Part shown: in pieces, positions 12,454 to 28,350 of the stretch
How positions within the stretch are numbered: position 1 is the first letter of the stretch
Layout of the letters: each line of letters opens with the position of its first letter
Assembly: GCF_009914755.1 (NCBI RefSeq)
Contig: NC_060926.1
Source: the human T2T-CHM13v2.0 reference genome, Homo sapiens
Length of the DNA: 64,000 nucleotides
Direction: 5' to 3' (one strand)
Translations under genes and position numbers: made by a program
Notes under the pieces: model-generated
The model's input: only the letters and a program-made list of their open reading frames with translations
Told to the model about the DNA's origin: nothing
Database searches by the model: none

Positions 12454-15386
12454 TTAAAACAGAATCTGATTCTCACTTTTTCTTCCAGGCCCACTTCAAT
12501 GCCACTAATGAGGCCTATCTGTCTGCAATCTGATATTAGAGGCCAAAAATAATCTTTCTATTTGCCACTTACTGGGCACCAATGTCCTACCTGACACATG
12601 CTGGCTCAGGTGGGGGAGGAGGTACGGTCCCTGGCCCTAGGAACGCTCCATCTTAGAAAGAGACAGAATGTGCTGGGGTCAGAGTAAAAAGTTCATGGGC
12701 TTCAGCAGCAGATCCCAGCATGGCTACCACCAGCTGGGGGACCTTGGGCAAGAGCCCCCTGTGAGCCTCAGTTTTCTCACCTGGTCAATGGGACTCACAC
12801 TACTGCGGCACACATTGTGCGCCCACATTGTCTCGGTGCACAGGGGCCACCCTTCAAATTGCCAGGGTCTGCACCTCTGTGCCCAAGGTGCAGAAAGGGC
12901 TGGCTGCCAGAACCCACTCTGCATTTTGCCTCTTTGCACCCGAGGCTGGAAGAGCCCTGGAATCACTGACTCGCTGGAGCATCCATTCACCAGTGGCCAT
13001 GGGAGCTGATGCATAAATATTCCAGCGCTCTGGTCCTTCGAGAGGGACACTCTGTGACATGCGTTGCTCACCTGTGACATGCCCCTCCCAGCGTCTCCTG
13101 ACCTCCCCTCCCAAATGCACTGCTTGCACTTGCTCTCATTCCCATTCTGCTTGCTCACAGGCTGGATCACACAAGACCACACATGCGTGTACACTCGTGC
13201 CTGCCCATGGCAAGTATTCAAAAACTGCTTGCTATTTTGTGGGTGGTGGTGAAGGGAATAGTATATTTATAATACTTCAGGCCAGGAATATACAACTCCT
13301 CTGTTTTCTGACCCTTCCAGGAGTAGGGTGGATTCCACCCGCTTTTTTGTAAGCCCTCAGAAGTGCTCCAGGCTCTCTGCACACCCCCAGATCTCCCCTG
13401 AGCTTCAGCCCTCACCCAGCTCCCCAGTCAATTTGGCCCCTGTGACGATGTTGGTGGGGGGGGCGGGGGCAGGGGAAACAGCTGGCCCTGGCTCCTGACA
13501 GGCACTCTGTTCCCATCTCAGCTGCCTGGCCCTGCCTGTGGCATCCTCAGAGACCCAGTGGTGAGTACTTCCTTGGCCCTTTAGGCCCCTTTCCCCAATC
13601 CAGTAGTGAGACACGGGGAGGGGCTGGCAGAGACACAAGTCTGCCACCCTTTCCTGGACAGCCTTCTCCTCTCTGGCAGCAGGAAACCACCCCCTACTCC
13701 CACTCCAGACCTACGCTCACACTCCCCGTCAACCCCAAGTGCCACTCCAGTCTGGGGTCCCTCCCTGAGCTTTCATAAGCATTGCAAATGCCCAATTCCT
13801 TCATTGGCTGGGGAGGGCAAAGCCTAAATGGGCAGTGGGCTATAGATGGTGGCCTTCCAGGCACTGGCAGCAGGACACTTCAGGGCATCATTCAAATGCA
13901 GAGGGGAGAGCATTCTGCCCAAGGGCAGGCCTATTTGGGGTGGGCAGGGCAGACTTACAATGGAGACTCCCATACTTACGTGGCTCTCTGCAGGCCACGT
14001 GACCCCTTCCCTCTGCTCCATGTGCCCAGGATTCAAACTCAGGCTAGTCTGATTCCCAAAACTGTGGGCCTCAGTTTTGGGAAAACTGAGAAAATTGGGC
14101 CTCAGAATAGGGATAGGGATGGAGATGGAGATGGAAGAAAATAAACCAGGCCCTCTGCCTGATCCCCTCCCTACTTTGGCTCTGGGGTTGGGAGATGCTG
14201 CAGAGGCTTCATCCACTCTCTGCCCCGACCCCCTAACTCCCTCTCCTGCTCTGTCCACTGGGCTGGACCCTGTCTGCTGGGCCTATCAGGGCTCCCCGTG
14301 TGTCCTCCACCAGCCAGCAATGGCCAGAGAGCCCAGCTGGCCCCAGCCTATCCCCTGCCCACCCTGGGCCCTGCTCAGAGGACAAGGCTGAACTGATTCT
14401 GTCAGGAAGGGTTAGTCTTGTCTCAGGCCTGGCTGAATGCAAAAGGACGAGACAAATGCATGTGGACAGCCTCGATCCGGAGTGCTCTGTCAAACATGCT
14501 GGCCACCTCTCCGGGAAGATCACTCAGACTCCTTGCATCCCATCTTGGGAAGGCTGGCCTGAGGCTCCAGAGAGATGTTGGGAGATGCCAGGTGCCTGCA
14601 AGCCAAGGGCCCTCCGGGGAAGGGTGTCAGGACCCGCTGCTTCTTGCCTCTTGCAGAGAGGGCAACAGCTGGCTCCTTCTCCTGCCCCAGGTGAAGACTG
14701 ATCAGATACTGATTCCAGGATGAATCCAGCAACATTAGGCCCTGCCTGGTCCCATGGTAGCATCTGGCTGGGCTTTTGGCCTATAGTCGAGTAGATAGAG
14801 GGAGGGCTGATAACTAAGTGACTACAACAGGACCTCCCTGTGTAAGGGTTCTAGCTTATTTCCACACTCTTCTGGCACAGACAGGTTGGCAGGGCAGCTG
14901 GTAGCAGGCACAGCAGATGGAATGTCAGGAATGAAATCCACAAGACTCCAAGCCCCTCCCAGGGTGAGCTTGCCACAGGCCACACCAGGAAGCTGAGCTC
15001 CTCACCCAAAGCCTGCCAGTGCCTACGTGGCAGTCATTCCCTTGTCAACAGACTTCCCACTGGCTTCTCTTGCTCCATTATTAAAAGCAAGAACCAAAAA
15101 CTTCACTGAGGGGATAGAATCCCACTAATAAGCATGTCCACGCTTTGGGTCATCTTAGGGGCACAGAAAATCTGAGTATCCCCCACAGCATCAGGCAGAG
15201 CAGATTTCTTGTCAATTAGCTCAGTTGGTTGGAGGCTGCAGCCATGAACATGCTGGCCTCAGGGCCCTCACAACACAGGTGGGTTAGGGAATGAATGAAA
15301 GTTCAGCTATTATTCCTGCCAGAGACTCCAGGCCCAACCTGGCCTCTAATGAGCTATGTGACTTTGGGCAGGCAGAAAAGTGTCTC

Positions 15387-15722
15387 TGCTATGGTTTGAA
15401 GGCATCCCCCAAAGGCCTCCAATGCAACAGTGTTGAGAAGGGGGACCTTTAAGAGGTACGTGGGTCACGAGGGCTCTGCCCTCACGAATGGATTTGTCCT
15501 CATCGCAGGAGCGGGCTCATTATCATGAGAGTGGGTTGGTTATAAAATTGAATGTGGCCCCATTCCTTCTCTCCCTTTCCCCCATGTAAGGCCCCACCAG
15601 ACATGGCCCTCCAGTGGTGGAGTTCCCAACCTCCAGAACCACGAGACAAATGAACTGTTATTTTTTCATAAATGACTCAGCCTGCAGTACTCTGTTACAG
15701 CATCACAAAATATGCTAAGACA
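15387..15722 (+). mobile_element. MST/MLT1A-family solo LTR
   Basis: tgctatggtttgaa...gagggctctgccctcacgaatgga...cctccagaacc...ctaagaca. Confidence 0.8.
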
Positions 15723-15878
15723 CCCCTGAGACTCATCGGCCACCTGTCTGTCAGCTTTGCCGCAAAAATGATTTGGGAGCAGCTATAGTCAACTTTCCTC
15801 AGACTACCTCCTGCTGGCACATTACGGCCACCTGCTGTGTGCCTGGTGTTTTTCTAGGTTCTTGGAATAAAGTGAACA

Positions 15879-16201
<323 letters not shown>

Positions 16202-18375
16202 GAATAAAGTGAACAAAGCAGGCAAAAATACCTGCCCCCAGAAAGATCACATTCAGTGGATGTGCCCATGTTCCTTCCTCTTCCTAAAGCACTCACAAAT
16301 ATCAACATTCCCCTGAACTCACCACTGAGAGTCACTTCTCAGCGTGACAATGTTGACCAGTCTTCACCTGCTGTGTAAAGCAGGCCTGCCCTATAGTGAC
16401 CCCCCAAACAGGTGCAGAAGGCAGGTCCACCATCAGCCCATGGCCAGCACACCAGTTAGATACCTGCTGTTGCCAGGCAGCTGTCTGCCAGCCCGTAGGC
16501 ACTAGAGAGCCTTGGGGCCTTTCCTGAGCCCTTTTAAAGAAGTGCTTCCTTTAGACATGGACTCTCAGGCCTGCTCAGAGCGGGGAGGGTGCTGCTCCGC
16601 CCCAAGGCCTTCCCTCCATCCTTTCCTCTGGCAATCACCGTGATAGCAGCAACGCCCAGCCTGAGGCCTTGGGTGCTGCTTCCCTCAGGAAAACTGGCCA
16701 AAGAGTAGACAGCAGATACTTTCTCCATATTCCCACCCCCACAACACAGGCCAGCAGCACAGCAGCTGTAGACAAGATTTCATAAAGAACTGGAGGACAA
16801 GAAAGGGGAGATTAAGGAGCCCTAGGCTCTAGGGCCTGGCTCACACAAGAATGGTCTTCCTCCTGCCAACTTCTTGGCCTTTACAAAGGCCCCACCTGAC
16901 CCAGCCCAGCCTCCTGGGCACTGGCCAAGTTCCACACCAAGACTACCAGACCCCGCCAAGTCCAGGCTCAAGAGAGAAAGCCAGACCCTCTCTCCTTCCA
17001 CCTACCTGAGAGAGGCCTGTCCTCAGGTGTCTGGCTCACAGATGGGGGACCCAACTGGGAGTCACTCCCTTCTGGAAGCCCCAGGCCCTATAAACAGGTC
17101 CCCGGCCTCACTGCTGGGCCTCGGCCTGGAGACAGCGGCTCAGTGCAACACAACCACGCCAGAGCTGATCAGGGGAAACCCACGCAGCAGTTGAGGGGGC
17201 TGGGGCTTTGCGGGTGCAGTGAGGGGACTGCTTCCCTTCAGTGGAGTTGCTGCCGCAGGTGAGGGGAGGAAGATGAATCTGAAGGTTCTAACGTCAGCCC
17301 ACAGGCTGAAGCGAAGGCTGGCCTGAAGTGTTCCACCTGGGCCCCCACCTGAGCGGCTGAAGAGTTCTGTTTCCTCAAGGCCCACAGAGCTCCTCAGAGG
17401 GAAGCTTTAGTAGCTATTTCCTTAGGAAGGCAAGTATGTGTGCAACATTTCCTAATAAAATGCAAAGGCTGTTGGAGGCACTCCAGCCCCCTCATTTAGC
17501 TCTGAGGTGTAATTAATACATAAATTAAGCTCCTGCATACTCACAAATGTCCAAGAAAAAAAATGAAAAATATAATTAGTTTGCCCATCTGACTCCATCT
17601 GTCAGCTCTGAGCTCAATGCTCAACGTAGCAAATCCTGAGGGCTTTGGTCTCGCATTGGCTGGGCCCCGCGCTGCTCCTGCCCTGCTCCAGGGAAGTGGG
17701 CCCTCCGCAGCAGCTGCCCAGAGCCCGGGCTCTGGACTCAGCCTCCAGGGCAGCAAGGACTCTGGAGTACACAGACTGCAGGCTGGGAGCCGGGGCACTC
17801 GGCAGAGCAGCCAGGACCTTCTCTGTGGCCCTGAGCGCTGGCTAGGGGTGGCAAGGGCACCCCGGGGAATTTGCATGTGCCTCTTGCTGCCATGTTCCTA
17901 TTTGTGCAGACCTGGAAGTGGGCGGCAGAGCCCTGAATGGGCTAAGACTCGCCCTCCTCCTCCAACCTGTCACCTCTGTCGCTTACTATCTGTAAGAAGA
18001 GAAAGGCTGCAAAGGGGAAAGGGAACTCGAGAGGAAGGCACCGAGGAGAAGAGAGGAGACAAGAGGGCATTGGGGGAGCAAAGGAGGCCACTCACACAGG
18101 AGGATTAGAATTAACAACTACCCCCACCCCAGCTCCCCCCAACACACACTTACACACGCTTGTATTACACCGGGGATCTCACACACATCCGGTCACTCAG
18201 TATTCAGCACTCTAGGAAAAGAACAAACAAATGGCTTGTCTTTCATCCCCCAAAATTACTTATGTCATAAAATTAATCCATATTTGTTTCAGAAACATTT
18301 AAATAAGACATAAGGGGTATGGCATTAAACGTACCCCCAAATGCCTCTTCCCCTTACAAGTGGGGATCATCATTA

Positions 18376-18525
<150 letters not shown>

Positions 18526-18714
18526 TTAAAAGGAGGAATGAAAACAATTGTTTAAATAATAATTTGGTGTGTATTATTTAAAGTACATTAATATTTGGTG
18601 CAATCGTTTTTGAAAGGGAGATTGTACTATACATGTTGTTTGGCAACTTAGGTGCTCGCTCAGGCACCAGGCCACACACATCTTGGGCATTCCACATCTG
18701 GGTTTTGAAAGTAA

Positions 18715-19119
<405 letters not shown>

Positions 19120-20910
19120 TAATTATTATTTACGTAGAACAATATCAAAGATATTTTTCTTCCTAACTCTATACTCCTTGACAAGAAAAAAAAAGAAAAG
19201 AAAGGAAGAGCCCGCGATATATAATGGTACATTTGAAAATGAAGCATTTGTATGTGCGCTCACATGAGTACATATATATGTATTACATCCATATGCATGT
19301 ATGTGCATAGACTGTTTCTAGAAGAATTCACAAGAAACTGGTAACATTTGTTGCCTCTGGGAAACAGATTGGCAACTGGTAGAAGGTGACTGACTTCATT
19401 ATAAACATATTTTGTAATGTTTTAATTTTCTGTCACATGCATTATTACTTTTTTCCTTAGAAAGGATTTTGGTTTTGTCTATTTTATCGGAAGAGGCAAA
19501 TTTTAACAATAAAAACAAAATGACTGACATTCAGCCATAGTCCCACCTCTCTGAATTACTCAGATCTACTGATTTACATGTAGATTAAATGCAAATGAGG
19601 GTGGCACTATGGTTGATTATTTAGCAGCTCAGCAATATGACCAATGCCCTGTTCCCTTCTACCCTTCTGCTCTGCCCCCTCGGCTTGTAGACTTTGTCCT
19701 TGGGCTTCCTAACCTCATTGCTACAAGAGTCAGGCACATGATCAAAACAAGACACTGCCCCGAGGTAGGAAAGAAGCCACCTCTTCCTTCCTATTTTTAG
19801 GAGAAAAATCTTTCCCCCAAAGCCCTCCTGCAGACTTAGCCCACATATCCCACTGGCCATATTTATTTCCCATGTCTATGCCTGAGCCCATCTCTGGCAA
19901 GGGAAAGGGACCCCTTTGGACATCCCAGGGCAAGCAGGCCTCCTCAGTGTTATCAGACCAACTACCCCTCTTGAAAACAATGACTGTATTCTTGTAACCA
20001 CCCAACCTCAATCCAGAAACAAAATTCACAGATCACAGAATGTACCTACAAAAACATATTTCAAAAAAGAATCAAAACGAAGCCCTAGCTGTCACGTAAA
20101 GGAGAAAGTAAAAGTAATTCAAGACAAAAGAGTATGTTTTATAATAAGCAAAGGCTCAGGCAGCAGACTCTACAGAACATAATGAAGTGGTGAGATGCTT
20201 GCAGCTGCACACGGAAATGCCAAGGTTGCCCCATCATACATATAGACAGATGCGGGAGATGACTCACCCAGCACGAGGCCATTGCCACTGGCGGCATGAT
20301 TTTCCAAAATGGCGAACAACTGTTGGTAAAGCTTCAAACAAAACACAGTGCAACCTCCCCTTGATTTATACAGTAGGATACTTCCTAGGAAATTTAGGGC
20401 ATATTTAAAAACATGCAAAAAGATACTTGGAGCTCATACATCAAATGGAATGAAGTTTTAGGCTTAAAAAGGACTTTCAGCTACATAAAAGTCTCATGAG
20501 ACATCAGAAAGTCACGTGGGACATGGAGCCATTTCCTCTTAGAAAGGACTGTCTCACACATTGTAAGGTATTTAGCCTTCCTAGACCCCGTTTATTGAAA
20601 GATGATAGCAAGGGCCCTCCCCACAAAATGTCAAAGCCCCCACCAATTTCCAGAACACACTTAGGGAATGGTTCTGTCCCTTTCGAGAACTCCTGGCTTA
20701 GGCCAACCTGCCTCTCCCAGCCCAGGTGACCTCAGAGCTGGGTGGTTGTCTGAACAACATTCAGGTTCTTGCAGGAAGCATAGAAGGCGATTAGAGGTTG
20801 GATAGATAGTCAACCGTCTGTTCATCACAGAAGCATTTGCACATATTTGTCTCTAGCTTTGCCTTTGTATACATATTTTTAAATACAAATAAAATACGTA
20901 TTTAAAATAT

Positions 20911-21183
20911 GGCCAGGTGTGTTGACTCATATCTGCAATCCCAGCACTTTGAGAGGCTGAGGTGGGAGGATCAACTTGAGCACATGAGTTTGACACCAGC
21001 TGGGCAACATAGTGAGATCCCATCTCTATAAAAAATTAGCCAGGTGTGGTGGCATGTGCCTGTGGTCCCAGCTACTCAAGAGGCTGATGTGGGAGGATCA
21101 CTTGAGCCCTGGAGGTTGAGGCTGCAGGGAGCACTCCAGCCTGGGCAACAGTGAAACTGTTTCAAAAAAAAAAAAAAAAAAAA
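20911..21183 (+). mobile_element. AluJ
   Basis: Dimer with a small internal deletion and poly-A. Confidence 0.9.
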
Positions 21184-22422
21184 GACAAACAACTGATTTA
21201 CCGAATGGGCAGAACTTCATGGCACATACTTGGCTTTCTTTTTCTTTTTCCCCCATCACTGTTTTTCAGTGCTGGCTGGTCAGCTCTCCTCTTTCAGCCC
21301 TTGGATGACAGCTGGGGCTGTCCCATAGCTTTTCAGTCACTTTGAGCTATGTCATAACTGTGGTCATATTTTCAAGCATGAAAAGTACAGATTTGTCTCA
21401 ATCAAAACTCAGTCTCACAAAAGCCACTTTCCTCCCCAGCTCAGTGCCCACCCAGTGGGCAGGAGGAGGGGCAGGTCTGTTCCTTTTCTCCCTCGCTGCC
21501 ACCCTCCGTCCAAGTTCGGGTGGGGAAGAGTTGATTAGAGGATGGGGCAAAGTCTTAGAGGGCCGGACGTGGGTGATCCATCACACATACCCATTCTATC
21601 TTGGCCTCTAGGGTGGATTTTGAGGAGCCCCCTCCCCATGATGATCTCTGCACTCCACAAGGAGTTCCTCGATGTGACGGTGCACTCTCTAGCTGGTCTT
21701 CTGTGGCATGCCCCCTCTGGTACCCAGTGGTTCACCCCTCCCAACCAGCCTTTCCCTGGGGGACCTCTCCTACCCAGCAGGTGAGTCTCCTGAGTGGGCT
21801 TCTTTCAAGATACCTGAAAACCCAACTCCTGGGAGGTTCACTTGCTCCAAGGAAACTTGTACATCTTTGCCTTGCCTAAGAGTGGAGGAGCAGCTTCCCC
21901 ACAACTGACCCTGTAATAGAAAAAAACAAGGTGTTTTGCCTATTCTCACACACAGAACTCCCAACACCAGATGTGTGGAGCATTTCCCACATACCAGGCA
22001 ATTCTCCCTTGGACACCAGCTGGGTGTCCTCTAATTCAGTTCAGTTTTGATCCTATCTACCTGGAGATAGCATCAGATCCCACAGGTCGATGGCTCAGTC
22101 CTGCGAGACTGCCCCTCTAGAGATGCCAATCTCAAGTGCAGGTTGTGACCTGTGCTTTGAACCATTGACTATATATTGGGGCTCCCTCGACTCCCTCGTT
22201 GGGTGAGATTAATCTGCTAGAGCAGCTCATAAAACTCAGGGAAATGCTCTATTTATGTTTACTGGTTTATTAATAAAAGATGTAATAAAGAATACAGATA
22301 AGCACCAGATGAGGAGATACATAGGGTAAGGTCTAGAGGGCCAGCAGCTTCTGTCTCTGTGGAGTTGGAGTGTACCACCCTCCCAGCAAGCAGATGTGTT
22401 CTCCAACATGGAAGTTCTCTGA

Positions 22423-22725
<303 letters not shown>

Positions 22726-23117
22726 TAGCTCAGGGATTTTTATGGAGTCTTCATCACATAGGCATGATTGATTTTCAAGTCCATTTCCAGCCCCTTTCTC
22801 CTCTCCAGAAAATGGGTCATGGGGCTGAAAGCTCCAAGCTTCCAATCATGGCTTGGTCTTTCTGCTGACAAGCCCCCATCCAGAAGCCCACCAAGAGTTG
22901 CCTCAATAGAACAAAAGATCCTCCTTTTACCCAGGAAGTTCCAGGGACTTTAGGAGCTCTGTGTCAGGAGCTAGGGTCAAAAACCAGATATTAGAACAAA
23001 AGATTCTCCTAGCACCTGTATCTACAAGGATATTAGGAGTGCTGTCTCGGGAATAAGGACAGAGACCAAACATTGGAACAAAAGATTATCCTGACACTTC
23101 TATCACTTAGAAAATCA

Positions 23118-24242
23118 CAGCTGACCCTTCAACAATGCAAGGGTTAGGAGTGCTGACAACTGCCCAACTCCTGCCTCGCACACGGTTGAAAATTTGTGTA
23201 TAACTTTTGACTCCCCCAAAGACTTAACTACAAGCCTACTGTTGACTGGAATCCTTATGGGTAACATAAACAGTCAATTAACAGATATATCGTATATATT
23301 TTATATACTGTATTCTTACAATAAAGTAAGCTAGAGAAAAGAAAACATTATTAAGAAAATCATAAGAGAAAATATATTTATGGTGCTCTACGGTATTTAT
23401 TAATACCATAGGTCTGCACCATGTGTTTACAACATGTATCATCTGTCTGAAACGTCAGGCAACCTCAGCTGCTGACCTTAGTCTATGGTACATATCGAGC
23501 AATTCAACTTGTTCCTGTGAGGTCATGACCTTACTTCTTAGGAGCTCTTCCAGCATCACTAGTGGCACTTCGTATGGGTCCCATGATGCTATTCAAGGTT
23601 TACAGTATTGCACTAACCATGAAAATAAATGAGAACTGAGAGAGATCATGGTTTTCACTGCAATATGCAATTTACTGGAGATTGCAATAGTAAATTGTAA
23701 ATTGCTATATGCAATCTACTGCTCACGTGGAGATGGTCAGTATTTCATAGTGTTTTAAGCAGACACTCGCAACACGAGCTCACCGCAATAGCAACAGGAG
23801 GTAGCTACAAAAATATTACAGTAGTACAGTGCTTACTACAGTGAATTTTATGTAGTTATGATTGAATACTTCATCTTTACATTTGTTTACATTTCCCTCA
23901 ACTACAAATGGTGCCATGTATGATCTGTGTTTTTTGCATGTTTTCATAAATTTTAACTTTTTATAATAGATTTGTGTAATTTTATAGTAGTAACTTATAA
24001 AATAGACTAGTACTCGCATATACTTTATGCATTCATGACATACCTAACTTTTTGTTGTTCTTTTTTGATATTTCTGGGCTACACAAGGGCAGTGACATGA
24101 TCGTAGCGCACTGTAACCTGTAACTGTAAGTTTTTTCAAACTGTCACAAATCTCAAAAAAAAAATCTAATATATTTAATGAAAACTATCCAAGTATAAGT
24201 TGACCCTTGCAGTTCAAACCTGTGTTGTTCAAGGGTCAACCT
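23118..24242. mobile_element. Tigger2-derived (TcMar-Tigger) non-autonomous DNA transposon
   Basis: Terminal inverted repeats cagctgacccttcaacaa / ttgttcaagggtcaac match the Tigger2 TIR CAGTTGACCCTTGAACAA; AT-rich body. Confidence 0.85.
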
Positions 24243-24309
24243 TACAAGGATTTTAGGAACTCTGCTGGGAACTGGGGACAGAGAGCAATGTGTATATTTT
24301 GTGTTATTT

Positions 24310-24432
24310 CAGGTGCGTTTGCTCATGCCTATAATCTCAGCACTTTGGGAGGCTGAAGGGGGAGAATTGCTTGAGGCCAGCAGTTTGAGACCAGCTTGGG
24401 CAACACAGAGAGATCATGTCTCTACCAAAAAG
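24310..24432 (+). mobile_element. Alu left monomer (FLAM)
   Basis: gctcatgcctataatctcagcactttgggagg...gaggccagcagtttgagaccagc. Confidence 0.8.
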
Positions 24433-24515
24433 ATCCCAAAAATTCATATTCTCCCTCCTCACTTTACCTCACACGATGCTCCAAATCAGTCTCCCACCTT
24501 AAGAATTCTCCATAA

Positions 24516-24896
<381 letters not shown>

Positions 24897-24979
24897 TCCC
24901 AATTTTCTCATTGGCCAGTCACTCTGGTGCCCTGGGGACTAGCATCCAGCTAAGGGATAGATGCCAGCTGCTCTCTCAG

Positions 24980-25364
24980 TGCTATGGTTTGAATGTTTGT
25001 GCGCCCTCCACAATTCATGTTGAAAATCCCCAGCACAACAGTATCGAGGGGTGGGGTCCTTAGGAGGTGATGAGGACATGAGGCCTCTGCAGTCATGAAT
25101 GGATTAGTGCCCTATAGAAGGGCTTTAGAGGCTGAGTCCCACCTTCCATCCCTCCACCATGTGAGGACACAGCATTTGTCCCCTCCAGAGGATACAGCAC
25201 AGGTGCCATCTTTTAAGCAGTGAGCAGCCCTCACCAGACACCAAACCTGCCAGTGCCTTGAACTTGGACTTCCGTCCTCTAGAACTGTGAGAAATAACTT
25301 TCCATTATTTATAAACTACCCAGGCTCAAGTGTTTTGTTACAGTGGCACAGACGTACTAAGACT
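24980..25364 (+). mobile_element. MLT1A-like solo LTR
   Basis: tgctatggtttgaatgtttgtg...gccctcaccagacaccaaacctgcc...agaactgtgagaaataa...actaagac. Confidence 0.88.
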
Positions 25365-26624
25365 TGTGGGTACCCACAATTCCATAAGCCATTTTCTTTG
25401 CTTGGCCTGGGCATGACCCCCTGTGCTGTCCCCGTGAAGAAAAAGGATAAACCAACAAACTCTATGAATTAACTTCAGTGAATCTCGTATGTTTCTAATC
25501 TTCTGCTTTGGAGCTTTGGCGATAAAGAAAGATTAGGAAATTAGATTAAAAAAAACTAACATTATCTTAAATGACCCATATTCCCAATCAATATCTCTTC
25601 CCTTGAAACTTGGTGTGTATAAATCCAATACTTTTTAATGTATTTGTATATACATATGTAAACATATACAAATATATACATCATATATATGTATGTATCT
25701 GCCTAAATAACCACCTGGAGTTAGCAGGTTCCATACCTGCAGGATGCAAGCAGGGATGGGCAGAGGCAGGCTGGTCAGCTTCCAGGTATATATATATATA
25801 TATACTCGGAAAATACTTGCTATTAGTTTGGTGGTTTTATTATTAACGTAAATGATGTCTTGCTGCACATATTATTCTGCAAGTTGGTTTTCCCACATAA
25901 TGTGTTGGACATCTTTTAGCCCCATTTCACACTCTTAGCCTGCCTTTTGCACAAGAGTTGCTGTGGCAACAAGCTGCCCCCAGGTGTAACCTGACAGCTT
26001 CACTTCAGCTGCACCAGGTATGTCTTTCTTTCTGCCCCAGGCATCACGGTATACAGGCAAATCTTGAAGTGCCAGGGAGTCAACCCTCCCTGGAGCAATC
26101 CTTGCCCAATAGGAGAAGGAAGCCAATGAATAAATATGCCAGGCCTCGAGGTCTTAGGCCCTCAGTCTAAGGCATAGTCTACATGGTTTCTCTGGGAGTC
26201 CTCAGTTAAACTGAGCCCCGACTGCCCACAGCAATGGCCAGTGTTAAAAGAACAACCTTAACCAGATTAAATTTAACACAGTTTAACTGAGCAAAGGACA
26301 ATTCGTGACTAGGGCAGTCTGCTGAGCCAGAGTAGGTTTAGACAGACTCTGGTGGAAGATTTATGGACAGAAAAAGGAAAGTGAAGCACAGAAAACAGAA
26401 GTGAGGTTCAGAAACAGCTGAATGGGTCGCAGCTCGTCGTTTGCCTTATTTGAACACAGTTTGAAAAGTTGGCCACCTTTGATTGGCCAAAACTCAGTGA
26501 TTGACACAAGAGTACGTTACAGCCTGTTTACATTTCCCTGTAGGCTATAGTTTACTATGCACAGAGAAACCTTTAGGCTGAACTTAAAATATGTAAGGAG
26601 GAAGCTTTAAGCTAAATTTGATTT

Positions 26625-26951
<327 letters not shown>

Positions 26952-27294
26952 ACTAAACCTCAGCCTCCCACAGTGCTGGGATTACAGGTGTGAGCCACCG
27001 CACCAGGCCACTAAACCTCAGCCTCCCAAAGTGCTGGGATTACAGGCGTGAGCCACTGCGCCAGGCCACTAAATTTAATTTAACAGTAGCTTAACACATG
27101 GCTGGATGGGCTTTTCCTACTTCCTTGTTTCATTCTTCCCAGTCCTCCAACTCTTGACTCCTAGATTTATGGACCCAAATAAATGACTCAAATGCAGTCC
27201 CTTTGTCTCAGGTTTTTGGTGGAATCCAAGCTAAAACACTAAATAAAAAATGTTGTTAAAAATAAGTTTATTTTGGTCATTATTGATCCACTTG

Positions 27295-27757
27295 GAGTGG
27301 TCCTCAAAATGGGATCTAGGGAATCGGTCCCTGAGGCTGGTTTCTGGGAATCCACAAATGCAAAACTATTTCCATAGTCACACTAAGGAGGTGTGGCCTT
27401 TTCAAGAAATTACATTACCCGTAAAGTGCAATAGACGGAAAACAGAAGCCCATATGAGAATCCAGCTATCTTCTAGCAAGCCAGAAGTAAAAGATGCCAG
27501 GTGCAGTGGATCACATCTATAATCCCAGCACTGAGGATTGCTTGAGCCTGGGAATTTGTGACCAGCCTGGGCACCATAGTGAGACCCCCATCTCTATAGA
27601 TAATTTTTAAAATTAGCCAGATGTGGTGGTGTGTGCCCATGATCCCAACTACTCGGGAGGCTAGGAAGGAGGATCACCTGAGTCAGGAGGTCAAGGCTGC
27701 AGTGAGCTGTGATTGCACTACCACACTCCAGCCTGAATGATAGAGTGAGACTCTGTC

Positions 27758-27833
<76 letters not shown>

Positions 27834-28165
27834 AGGAAGGAAGGAAGGAAGGAAGGAAGGAAGGAAAGAAAGAAAAAGAGATCTGCAAAAAAATGTAAAA
27901 CAATACCACTCTTCTCACTAAATTTTTGTACTTGGAAAACATAGTCATTTTTCACAAAAATGCTATTTATATTAACATAAGTATTTTGATGTGCAATGGA
28001 CTTATTTTTGTTATTTTCACATAAAGATTGTTTAAATTTCTTAGTTTTAATTTCTAATACTGTAAATATCAGTAGATATAACCCATGTAAACAAAAGCTT
28101 TTTGGGGTCCTCAATAATTTTCAAGAGAGAAAAAGATTGCCAAGACTAAAAAGTTTGATAGCTAT
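27295..28165. mobile_element. Charlie1-like hAT transposon remnant interrupted by an AluJ
   Basis: atatgagaatccagctatcttct...gatctgcaaaaaaatgtaaaacaataccactcttctcactaaattt...gatataacccatgtaaacaaaagctttttggggtcctcaataattt. Confidence 0.75.
27495..27876 (+). mobile_element. AluJ whose tail has expanded into (GAAA)n(GGAA)n
   Basis: Alu body to ~27757; tetranucleotide STR 27758-27876. Confidence 0.9.
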
Positions 28166-28209
28166 TAATAGAGTTCATTGCTTTTAACTTCTGAGTCCCA
28201 TGCATACTT

Positions 28210-28350
28210 CATTATTATTATTATTATTATTTGTAAAGACAGGGTCTTGCTGTGTTGCCCAGGCTGGTCTCAAACTCCCAGGCTCAAGTGATTCTCCCAT
28301 CTTGGATTCCCAAAGTGCTGGGATTACAGGTATGAGCCACAGTGCCCTGC
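28210..28350 (-). mobile_element. Alu left monomer (FLAM) with an (ATT)n tail
   Basis: gacagggtcttgctgtgttgcccaggctggtctcaaactcc...caaagtgctgggattacagg. Confidence 0.85.

Noticed and set aside
17088-17460. TATA-like tataaa plus a downstream aataaa as a tiny single-exon gene
   Set aside because: Both motifs are common by chance and there is no convincing ORF or RNA structure between them.
20872-20909. AT-rich imperfect hairpin before an Alu
   Set aside because: Low-complexity AT sequence forms such palindromes by chance.
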